From an uncultured Dehalococcoidales bacterium (GTDB lineage Bacteria > Chloroflexota > Dehalococcoidia > GIF9 > AB-539-J10): 64,000 nt of DNA. Where the stretch lies: assembly GCA_964586515.1 (NCBI GenBank), contig CAZPGJ010000001.1:158390-222389 (forward strand), read 5' to 3'. Of the stretch, positions 27,094-34,081 are shown in pieces (the stretch's first letter is position 1; each line of letters opens with the position of its first letter). The translations under genes were made by a program, and so were the position numbers. Under the pieces are notes generated by a model. The model was not told the origin of the DNA, did not search any database, and saw nothing but the letters and a program-made list of their open reading frames with translations.

Positions 27094-27972
27094 CTAATCC
27101 TTTTTCTTAGGAAAATCCGGTAAAGGATTGCCAAAATACACTTTGGTATGGGGCCAAGGTATTTCTATACCCTCAGCATCAAAAGCTTTCTTGAGGCGAA
27201 GCCTCAACTCCCCCATCACATCCCACTGCCGTATAGGTTCAACATCCCCCAGAATCTTGATGTCTATTCCAGAGTCACCCAGATTATCAACTCTCAGCAC
27301 CTGGGGAGGACTTTTGATTATCTTACGCCAGTTGTCATCCTCAGCGAGTTCCTTGCCCACTCGGTTTATCACGCTTATGGCGTGGTCAAGGTCGGTGCCA
27401 TAGCCTACCGAGATATTGAGATTGACCCTGGAAAAGCCCCTGGTGAAGTTACTGGCTACTCTGATCTCGCCATTGGGTACATGGTGGACTATGCCATCCA
27501 GGTCACGGAGCACCGTCTTTCTCAAAGTTACTTCCTCCACCAGCCCGGCAATATCAGCCACCCTAGCTACATCACCCACCCTGTACTGGTTTTCCAAAAT
27601 GATGAAGATGCCAGCGATGAGGTCCCTTATCAAGTACTGAGCGCCGAAGCCAATGGCTATGCCAGCGACGCCGAAGCCAGCCAGGACTGGCGCGATGGGT
27701 ATTCCCACCTCATCCAGGACCATAATTATGGCAACTATGACAATGAATACCCGCCCCACCCCTTTGAAGACAGAAAGAAGGGTATTTGTCCTTTTCTCAA
27801 CCGCTGCTTTGCTTTCCTTATACCCCGTTCGGGACACAGTACGGCGTACAATAGGCGGGAGAAACTTATTTAAGGCAAACCACAGCACAGCCGCCACCAC
27901 TGCTATGACAAGGATGCGGATGCCATGGCTTGCTAACCAGGCGACTACAGTGGCCCAACTCAGTTCCGACAT
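27094..27972 (-). CDS. mscS: Small-conductance mechanosensitive channel (MscS family)
   Basis: Three N-terminal TM helices followed by an MscS beta-domain (NQYRVGDVARVADIAGLVEEVTLRKTVLRDLDG). Confidence 0.8.
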   Translation of the reverse strand: MSELSWATVVAWLASHGIRILVIAVVAAVLWFALNKFLPPIVRRTVSRTGYKESKAAVEKRTNTLLSVFKGVGRVFIVIVAIIMVLDEVGIPIAPVLAGFGVAGIAIGFGAQYLIRDLIAGIFIILENQYRVGDVARVADIAGLVEEVTLRKTVLRDLDGIVHHVPNGEIRVASNFTRGFSRVNLNISVGYGTDLDHAISVINRVGKELAEDDNWRKIIKSPPQVLRVDNLGDSGIDIKILGDVEPIRQWDVMGELRLRLKKAFDAEGIEIPWPHTKVYFGNPLPDFPKKKD

Positions 27973-28197
27973 TTCCTACCTCCGTTGCTCTACACTTTCT
28001 ACACAGACTAACCCTATATTATTTTAAACACAATAGAGCCCTCTGTATAGTTGCTGTGCTCGTTCAGAGCCTTGGAACTGAATCAGACGCCCTACTACCC
28101 CTCGATAAGTTACTCGATGTTGGAAACCTGGTCAACAACTTGTGCTGCGTAGGCAAAAACCCCTATCTTAACCTATTACGCAACTATATCATGGCCG

Positions 28198-28419
28198 CTA
28201 ACTTGCCGGAGTTTTGATATTTGCCAGTTTTACTTCAGACAGAGTCAAGATAGTAATAGGCTCGTCTGTTTCACCATAATGAACAGATACTGCTTCCTTA
28301 ATATTTTGGTACAAATCATCCAAAGTGTTGCCCTGAGTAAATATATCCTCTCCTATTCCACGGGCACACCAGAATTCACCGTCGAAGTAAGTTTCTATCT
28401 TTACCAGCATATTTACCAC
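28198..28419 (-). CDS. HicB-like antitoxin-domain protein (UPF0150/DUF1902-like, 73 aa)
   Basis: YFDGEFWCARGIGEDIFTQGNTLDDLYQNIKEAVSVH matches the HicB N-domain pattern (G.y.a.cpe..g...qG.T.eea..n.keA). Confidence 0.5.
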   Translation of the reverse strand: MVNMLVKIETYFDGEFWCARGIGEDIFTQGNTLDDLYQNIKEAVSVHYGETDEPITILTLSEVKLANIKTPAS

Positions 28420-28589
28420 TCTCGAATCTCAACATCAATTATAACAGAAAACTCAAGTGTTTTGCTAAACAATTTGCGATATACAGCATATCATAAAGCA
28501 GGACTAGCCAAATTTAGTTTGCCTTGTTCTGACAATGCGTGGGGGGCGATTTTGCATCCGGTTGGATTCGGAAAGCGCAAGACTGCTTC

Positions 28590-28625
28590 CCGGGCAGGGG
28601 AAATCCGAACTTTTGTGGATTTCTG
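28590..28625. repeat. Conserved ~30-nt motif copy A (CAGGGGAAATCCGAACTTTTGTGGA), lying 3' of the degraded hicA (read on the minus strand)
   Basis: One of three near-identical motifs (28590, 29205, 29912), each just downstream of a minus-strand gene. Confidence 0.6.
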
Positions 28626-28655
28626 CTCATCACGTGCCTACAAAAGGGAAAACCA

Positions 28656-28892
28656 CTATTTATTCTCAAGAATTTTTATGAAATCCTCTTTGCTAAGCTG
28701 TGCGTCCTTTAGAATGCTAGATAAGACTTTTGGGTGCAAAACTCTGCCCTTATGGTAAGGAACTGTGACGCGCTTGCCTGCAGGATTCTTGTAGATTCTG
28801 TGGCTACCACTCTACCGCGATAATTTGAAACCAGCTCTTTCTAATATGCGAATTACTTCATCGGCGGTGACCCTGGGTAGCTTCTCACTCAA
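28656..28892 (-). pseudogene. HicA-family toxin gene with an in-frame TAG stop (minus codon 27, plus coordinates 28812-28814) and a TTG start overlapping the upstream hicB stop
   Basis: Minus-strand translation LSEKLPRVTADEVIRILERAGFKLSR*SGSHRIYKNPAGKRVTVPYHKGRVLHPKVLSSILKDAQL is a clean HicA match; the GSH motif region is interrupted by the stop. Confidence 0.5.
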
Positions 28893-29113
28893 ACCATCAC
28901 CTCTAGAGTAGAAAGACTCACCACCTCTGAGGTTGGAATAGTTTCATTACTGGCTAGCCTGTCCTCGACATGGAGCCTTATAGCATCCTTGATATTTTCC
29001 ATGACCTTTTCAAATGTTTCCCCTTGGGTGTAGCACCCCTGTAATTCAGGGCAATAGGCAAAATAACCATGTTCGTCTTTCTCTACCACCACAACGAAAT
29101 GATACTCAGCCAT
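28889..29113 (-). CDS. HicB-like antitoxin-domain protein (74 aa)
   Basis: HGYFAYCPELQGCYTQGETFEKVMENIKDAIRLHVE matches the HicB N-domain pattern. Confidence 0.6.
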   Translation of the reverse strand: MAEYHFVVVVEKDEHGYFAYCPELQGCYTQGETFEKVMENIKDAIRLHVEDRLASNETIPTSEVVSLSTLEVMV

Positions 29114-29204
29114 TTTCTCAGCCTCCTAATTTGAGTCTTAAGCCCTTGTTCAAAAGGGGCGATTGTCCACTCGTCTATTATAACACACGCTAGTTAGAAG
29201 TATT

Positions 29205-29245
29205 AACCGGACAGGGGAAAATCCGAACTTTTGTGGAGACGCAGG
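29205..29245. repeat. Conserved ~30-nt motif copy B (CAGGGGAAAATCCGAACTTTTGTGGA)
   Basis: Immediately 3' of the HicA-like ORF at 29251-29484 (minus strand). Confidence 0.6.
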
Positions 29246-29250
29246 ACAGC

Positions 29251-29484
29251 TTATAGTAGTTCGGAAAACCCTTCGGGACTTATTGTTGCTTGCCTTAAGA
29301 TGGAACGCAATGTCTTCAAGGCAAGCTCCCGCCGATGGTAAGGGATTGTTACCCTCTGCTTTGTTTCCGGATTCTTAAGAATATAATGGCTTCCTCGGAT
29401 ACGATGTATCTGGAAACCCGCCCGCAAAAGTGCCTCTACACAGTTTGCTTCCCGCTTATCCGTGGAAGCCTCACACTGGAACCT
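29251..29484 (-). pseudogene. HicA-family toxin-like reading frame lacking a canonical start codon (possible pseudogene or non-canonical/coupled initiation)
   Basis: Translation ...ANCVEALLRAGFQIHRIRGSHYILKNPETKQRVTIPYHRRELALKTLRSILRQATISPEGFSELL matches HicA. The frame opens just inside the hicB 3' end; the only in-frame canonical start is a TTG about 20 codons downstream. Confidence 0.45.
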
Positions 29485-29695
29485 CTATAACAGTTTCTTC
29501 GATAGCTTCTTCACTGGGAATTGGTTCGCCGTCTGCCTGCAAGCTTTCTATATAAAGTTCTATAGCTTCCCTGATGTTAGCTAAGGCTTCGTCCCTGGTA
29601 TCGCCCTCACTGATGCATCCAGGCAACAAAGGGGCTGTCACGGTATATCCACCCAGCTCATTAGGCTCAAGAATCACCCGAAACTTTCTTAACAT
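29471..29695 (-). CDS. HicB-like antitoxin-domain protein (74 aa)
   Basis: GGYTVTAPLLPGCISEGDTRDEALANIREAIELYIE matches the HicB N-domain pattern. Confidence 0.6.
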   Translation of the reverse strand: MLRKFRVILEPNELGGYTVTAPLLPGCISEGDTRDEALANIREAIELYIESLQADGEPIPSEEAIEETVIEVPV

Positions 29696-29865
29696 AATTC
29701 CTCACCCCGCTCCCTACGATATTCAAGGCAAAGCTCAAGCACTTCCTTGATATTAGCCAGACACTCCTCATATGTTTCACCCTGAGCCCTTGCTTCTGGA
29801 ATCAAAGGACAACTGGCTATATAGAATCCGTCAGGTGCTTTTCTTATGATAACACTATATTCCAC
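29689..29865 (-). CDS. HicB-like antitoxin-domain protein (58 aa, GTG start); its stop overlaps the start of the next gene (ATGTTAA)
   Basis: Translation VEYSVIIRKAPDGFYIASCPLIPEARAQGETYEECLANIKEVLELCLEYRRERGEELC. Below the 60-aa ORF-track threshold. Confidence 0.4.
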   Translation of the reverse strand: MEYSVIIRKAPDGFYIASCPLIPEARAQGETYEECLANIKEVLELCLEYRRERGEELC

Positions 29866-29911
29866 CCTTGTTTTCCCTAGCTCCGATTATAGCACAATGG
29901 CGGAGGGAGCA

Positions 29912-29950
29912 CCTGTCCAGGGTAGGGGAAAATCCGAACCTGTGTTGACT
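29912..29950. repeat. Conserved ~30-nt motif copy C (TAGGGGAAAATCCGAACCTGTGT), 3' of the 238-aa hypothetical gene
   Basis: Third copy of the motif; more diverged in its 3' half. Confidence 0.5.
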
Positions 29951-29971
29951 TGCAATTTATCGTCACCACTT

Positions 29972-30688
29972 CTATCCGAAAGAATTCGTGCTGCCACTAC
30001 TTGGCGCTTGGCCAAAATCCTGCCATAGGGTATTAACGATTGCAGCAGCGAGTTGAAGCTCTCTATTTTGCACAAGTTGAAACACTCCACGCTCGACATC
30101 CACGGCGAGGTATCCTTGGCTTGAATAATAGGCGAACGCAGCCCTACGACAGATGATACACCAATCTCCATACCGTTGTTCATTCTCCAACGTGCACGGA
30201 ATGTAAGTTTGATATTCCTTGATACGATGAAATGGCTCAACCTTAGAACCGGCCAGCTTCATGAGACTGCGATCCAGAACCACCCAGTTCGTGGGATCAA
30301 GAAACATACGAACTTTGGACAGAAAAGACAAATTAGAGAATTCAGGCATATTTAGATTTTTAAGCGCCTGCAATCCAATACCAGCCAATTGAATCAATAC
30401 TTGAGAAGCTTCCCGGAGACGACCTTCTGTGACGCCATTGCGAAAGTTTGTCACTCTTTTCCAATAATAGGGCCTACTGCGGTGTCCCCAATACAGGATA
30501 TTTGACAACCCATTCTTTACCACAACAGGGTCACCGGATCTCAAATCACCTCTGACAGTTGCCTCTAGCTCGCGCATTGAAGGATAAGAAACCTCCTTAT
30601 TCACCTTGAAGTCATACAACAGCTTTGGGTAAGAGTAACAGCGCATAGCTTTATCTAATTCTCTGATTTGGTCGTTGTTAAGAAACAC
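29972..30688 (-). CDS. Hypothetical protein (238 aa), no recognisable domain
   Basis: Long ORF with ordinary coding composition. Located between hisB and the HicB array and followed by motif copy C. Confidence 0.5.
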   Translation of the reverse strand: MFLNNDQIRELDKAMRCYSYPKLLYDFKVNKEVSYPSMRELEATVRGDLRSGDPVVVKNGLSNILYWGHRSRPYYWKRVTNFRNGVTEGRLREASQVLIQLAGIGLQALKNLNMPEFSNLSFLSKVRMFLDPTNWVVLDRSLMKLAGSKVEPFHRIKEYQTYIPCTLENEQRYGDWCIICRRAAFAYYSSQGYLAVDVERGVFQLVQNRELQLAAAIVNTLWQDFGQAPSSGSTNSFG

Positions 30689-30804
30689 TCTAGTATAAAT
30701 CCTTAACCCATAAGCTCAGGTGATTCTGTATATATCTAGTTCTGAGATGCCATAATCGCTTCCCAAGCATGATTTGAGATTAGTTTCATATTCAATATCT
30801 TTCC

Positions 30805-31395
30805 CTATCCCTCGATAACCTCTTTGGTGCTGGGAATCCTGCCCAGGATGCGCTCGTCAATGCGGGTGGCTGAGTCCAGGGCTCGGGCCAGGGCTTTGAA
30901 TAAGGCTTCGGCTTTGTGGTGGTCGTTGATGCCGCTGAGCACTTTGGCATGGAGGTTGATTTTGGCTTCGGAGGCAAAGGAGACCAGAAAATGGCGGACT
31001 AAATCAGCATCCAGGTCACCTATGCCGGCTTCGTTAAAGTCTACCTCAACTACGCTGTAGACCCTGCCCCCAATATCCACTGCTACCTCTGCCAGAGCTT
31101 CATCCATAGGCACAACAGCATGGGCCATACGAACGATGCCCTGCTTTTTCCCTAATGCCTGGTTAAAAGCCTTGCCCAGCGAGATAGCCACATCCTCGAC
31201 TACGTGGTGCTGGTCGGGACCAGAGGCTGAGATTTTTATGTCAAATACTCCATGCTGAGCTAGCTGGCTAAGGAGGTGGTCGAACATCCTTATGCCGGTG
31301 GTGATTTGAAATTGTCCGCTGCCGTCAATGTTGAGCTCTACCCTGACATTTGTTTCGGCAGTCTCACGAGCTACTTTTGCTTTTCTTTCAGCCAT
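30805..31395 (-). CDS. hisB: Imidazoleglycerol-phosphate dehydratase
   Basis: IGPD metal-binding motifs (DxHHxxE...) present: GPDQHHVVEDVAISLG, HLLSQLAQHG. Confidence 0.85.
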   Translation of the reverse strand: MAERKAKVARETAETNVRVELNIDGSGQFQITTGIRMFDHLLSQLAQHGVFDIKISASGPDQHHVVEDVAISLGKAFNQALGKKQGIVRMAHAVVPMDEALAEVAVDIGGRVYSVVEVDFNEAGIGDLDADLVRHFLVSFASEAKINLHAKVLSGINDHHKAEALFKALARALDSATRIDERILGRIPSTKEVIEG

Positions 31396-31428
31396 ATTTA
31401 ACCCCCAATATTTTATTTCACCCTCACC

Positions 31429-32583
31429 TTAATCCTCTCCCTTCAAGGGAGAGGGGAATGCTTGGGATTGCTTCCTCTTCGTTTTACTCAGAGTCGCAGT
31501 GACAGGTAGGGTTTTAAGTGCCTCAATTAAGACATCGGTATCCTCAGGTCTGCCCACGCTGATTCGCAGGCAGTCTTTCAATCTAGAAGTATCAAAATAG
31601 CGAACAAAGATGCCTTTCTTCCGCAGTTGTTGCCAGATTTCTTTGGCCTTTCCTTCGGGCAGAGAACAGAGAATAAAATTAGCCTGGGAGGGGTGAGGCT
31701 TTAGCCAATCCAGTTCCTTCAGTTTGCCAAATAACCGCTCCCGTTCCGTAACTATCCTGGTAACATTAGCACGAAGATACTCTATATCTGCCAGGGAAGC
31801 TAACACCGCAGCCTGGGCTGCGGCATTGGCATTATAGGGCTGCTTAATCTTCATCAGATAACCAGCAATTTTTGCGGGGAAGAAGCCGTAGCCTATCCTT
31901 AAGCCGGCTAGCCCGGCCCATTTGCTGAAGGTGCGTAAAACTATCAAGTTGGGATAACTGGGTACCAAGTTGGCCACGGTCACATTGCTGAATTCAAAAT
32001 AGGCTTCGTCCACGACAACAACCTTCCCCGTATCAACAAGCTCCATAATCTCTTTCTCAGAGGCGGTGTCGCCGGTAGGATTATTGGGCGAGGCGATAAA
32101 GATAGCCTTTGTTCTCCTAGTCAAGGCCTTCTTCATACCAACAATATCAATGGTAAAATCTTTGGTCCGGGGCACATCAACCACCCTGCCCCCACAGATA
32201 TCGGTGCTAAACGGATACATGCCGAACGTCGGTGGACAATTGATGACCTCGTCCCCCGGCTTGAGGAAAAGCCTGAGGATAAGGTCAATAAGCTCATCGC
32301 TGCCCATGCCACAAACAATGTGCTGGCGTCCCAGGCCGGTATATTCTTCTAAAGCCTTCCGCAGCTCCCTTTGCTCGGGGTCGGGGTAATTATGATAATA
32401 GGGATAAGTGGCCAGAGCTTGATAGACCTTGGGGGAACAGCCATAGGGATTCTCGTTGCCATCAAGCTTTATTACCTTATTCGCAGGCAATTCAGCTTGT
32501 TGGCTCAAAACTTCCGTAGGCTCGATAGGGATGTAACCCTTCATGGTCACGAGCTCAGGCCTGATAAGTTTTTTTATGTCCAT
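31429..32583 (-). CDS. hisC: Histidinol-phosphate aminotransferase (PLP fold type I)
   Basis: Class-II aminotransferase pattern; TFSKWAGLAGLRIGY has the PLP-lysine context. Confidence 0.8.
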   Translation of the reverse strand: MDIKKLIRPELVTMKGYIPIEPTEVLSQQAELPANKVIKLDGNENPYGCSPKVYQALATYPYYHNYPDPEQRELRKALEEYTGLGRQHIVCGMGSDELIDLILRLFLKPGDEVINCPPTFGMYPFSTDICGGRVVDVPRTKDFTIDIVGMKKALTRRTKAIFIASPNNPTGDTASEKEIMELVDTGKVVVVDEAYFEFSNVTVANLVPSYPNLIVLRTFSKWAGLAGLRIGYGFFPAKIAGYLMKIKQPYNANAAAQAAVLASLADIEYLRANVTRIVTERERLFGKLKELDWLKPHPSQANFILCSLPEGKAKEIWQQLRKKGIFVRYFDTSRLKDCLRISVGRPEDTDVLIEALKTLPVTATLSKTKRKQSQAFPSPLKGED

Positions 32584-32667
32584 TTCAACCTAAACTAAAA
32601 GTCAAAAATTAAAAATCAAAATGACAAATTAAAATGTAAATATTTTTGCCTTTTGCATTTTAATCTT
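32584..32667 (+). repeat. AT-rich intergenic repeat (aaagtcaaaaat / aaaatcaaaatgacaaa / ttgcatttt) between hisC and hisD, inside the his operon
   Basis: Shares motifs with the other AT-rich spacers (16214, 45087, 45636, 47752, 50380). Confidence 0.45.
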
Positions 32668-34068
32668 TTATTTAGCCCTCATCCTTCTTTCTACTGCCTG
32701 GGCGTGGGCATCGAGCCCTTCAGCTTCAGCTATTACCACAGCAGCCCGACTCAGCTTTCGCATGGCAGCCTTGTCCAGGGCGATGATATTGGTAACCTTG
32801 AGAAAGTCGGCAACGCCCAGAGGAGAACCGAAACGAGCACTGCCTCCGGTGGGCAAGACATGGCTGGGACCGGCAACATAATCACCGAGAACGACAGGCG
32901 AGTTCTCGCCTATGAAAATACAGCCGGCATTGTGAATTTTGGGGACTAAAGACGAAGCGTTAGATGTCATAAGAGAGAGGTGTTCCGGAGCGAAGAGGTT
33001 GACCAATTCCACTGCCTGGGCTATGTCATCTACAAGCACAAGCATCCCCCTATCAATAGCTGCTCTGGCAGTAGAACGCCGCTTTAATTTCCCCAGTTGC
33101 ATCTCGATTGCCTTATTTACCTGGTCAGCCAGGTCAGCCGAAGTGGTGATTAAAATTACTGAAGCCAGGGGGTCATGTTCAGCCTGGGCCAGGAGGTCAG
33201 CGGCACAAAGTGCGGGGTTGGCTTTCTCGTCGGCGACAATTACTACCTCGCTGGGGCCCTCGAGACCATCGAGGTCCACTGTGCCATAAACCATTTTCTT
33301 AACCAGGGTCACGAAGATGTTCCCGGGGCCACAAATCTTATCCACTCTAGGTATTGACTCAGTACCATAAGCTAATGCCGCAATAGCCTGAGCGCCGCCA
33401 ATTTTAAAAATGCGGTTGACCTTAGCAATATCGGCGGCGACCAACGTGGGTGCAGGAATCCACCCACCCTTAGCAGGCGGCGAAACCATAATGATTTCCT
33501 TAACACCGGCCACTTTGGCTGGTATGGCCATCATCAGCACTGTGGATGGATAGGCAGCGGTGCCGCCGGGCACATACAGGCCAACCTTTTGTAAGGGCCG
33601 AACCTGTTGCTTAAGGTGCTTGGCGATAGGAATCAGGCCGGTTTTGTGTCCACAGGCAACATGGAAGTCCCGGATTCTTCTGGCTGCGAACTCGAGGGCC
33701 GAGATAAGTTTCTTGTCTGTTATATCGTAAGCGGCCACAACTTCCTGTCTATTTACTTCCAGGGAATCCAACCGCGCTCCATCCAGTTTTTCGGTGTAAT
33801 CAAAGAGGGCTTTATCGCCTTTATCCCGAACTTCGCCGATAATACGGTCGACCACTTCTTGAACTGAAAGCTCTCCGCCAAAGACTTGCTTTATTTGAGC
33901 TCGTAGTCTCGGTGAGGTGTTGAAAGACTCCCAGAAGTTTTCCCTGGCCAGTAATTGTTTCGCTTTGTTAAATCCTTCGACTCTTTTCACAATAATCCTA
34001 CCCGTGGCGGGGATTGCTTCGTCACTTTGTTCCTCGCAATGACGAGGGGAAAAGGCTCGCAATGACAA
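32668..34068 (-). CDS. hisD: Histidinol dehydrogenase. The annotated N-terminal ~20 codons are encoded by GTCATTGCGAG-family repeat sequence, so the true start may be downstream.
   Basis: HisD motifs throughout (zinc/NAD-binding regions, e.g. AEHDPLASVILITTS and HLSLMT). The first 60 nt (ATGTCATTGCGAGCC...GTCATTGCGAGGAACAAAGTGACGAAGCAATCC) are repeat sequence. Confidence 0.8.
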   Translation of the reverse strand: MSLRAFSPRHCEEQSDEAIPATGRIIVKRVEGFNKAKQLLARENFWESFNTSPRLRAQIKQVFGGELSVQEVVDRIIGEVRDKGDKALFDYTEKLDGARLDSLEVNRQEVVAAYDITDKKLISALEFAARRIRDFHVACGHKTGLIPIAKHLKQQVRPLQKVGLYVPGGTAAYPSTVLMMAIPAKVAGVKEIIMVSPPAKGGWIPAPTLVAADIAKVNRIFKIGGAQAIAALAYGTESIPRVDKICGPGNIFVTLVKKMVYGTVDLDGLEGPSEVVIVADEKANPALCAADLLAQAEHDPLASVILITTSADLADQVNKAIEMQLGKLKRRSTARAAIDRGMLVLVDDIAQAVELVNLFAPEHLSLMTSNASSLVPKIHNAGCIFIGENSPVVLGDYVAGPSHVLPTGGSARFGSPLGVADFLKVTNIIALDKAAMRKLSRAAVVIAEAEGLDAHAQAVERRMRAK

Positions 34069-34070
34069 AA
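34012..34070 (-). repeat. Cluster of GTCATTGCGAG / GAAGCAATC motifs (two tandem terminal motifs) at the hisD 5' end
   Basis: Plus strand reads GATTGCTTCGTCACTTTGTTCCTCGCAATGACGAGGGGAAAAGGCTCGCAATGAC. Confidence 0.6.
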
Positions 34071-34081
34071 AAGAAGACTTG

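Noticed and set aside
27148-27873. 241-aa plus-strand ORF and neighbours (27128-27403, 27416-27640, 27653-28027)
   Set aside because: They are antisense to the well-supported MscS channel gene and have no motif support.
29205-29245. Motif CAGGGGAAAATCCGAACTTTTGTGGA as a tRNA 3' fragment or integration att site (it contains GTTCGGAT, reminiscent of a T-loop)
   Set aside because: The flanking bases cannot form a T-stem or acceptor stem. No CCA or cloverleaf context. No tRNA gene found in the window.
28590-29950. Integron-like cassette array hypothesis for the HicB/HicA units with the recurring 30-nt motif
   Set aside because: There is no tyrosine-recombinase (intI) gene in the window, and the motif lacks the attC R''/L''...L'/R' inverted-core architecture (no GTTRRRY core pair). 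I kept it as a conserved 3' motif of unknown function rather than calling attC sites.
29887-30240. 117-aa minus-strand ORF overlapping the 3' half of the 238-aa hypothetical gene in another frame
   Set aside because: It is fully nested within the longer ORF in a different frame. I preferred the longer ORF, although neither has homology support.
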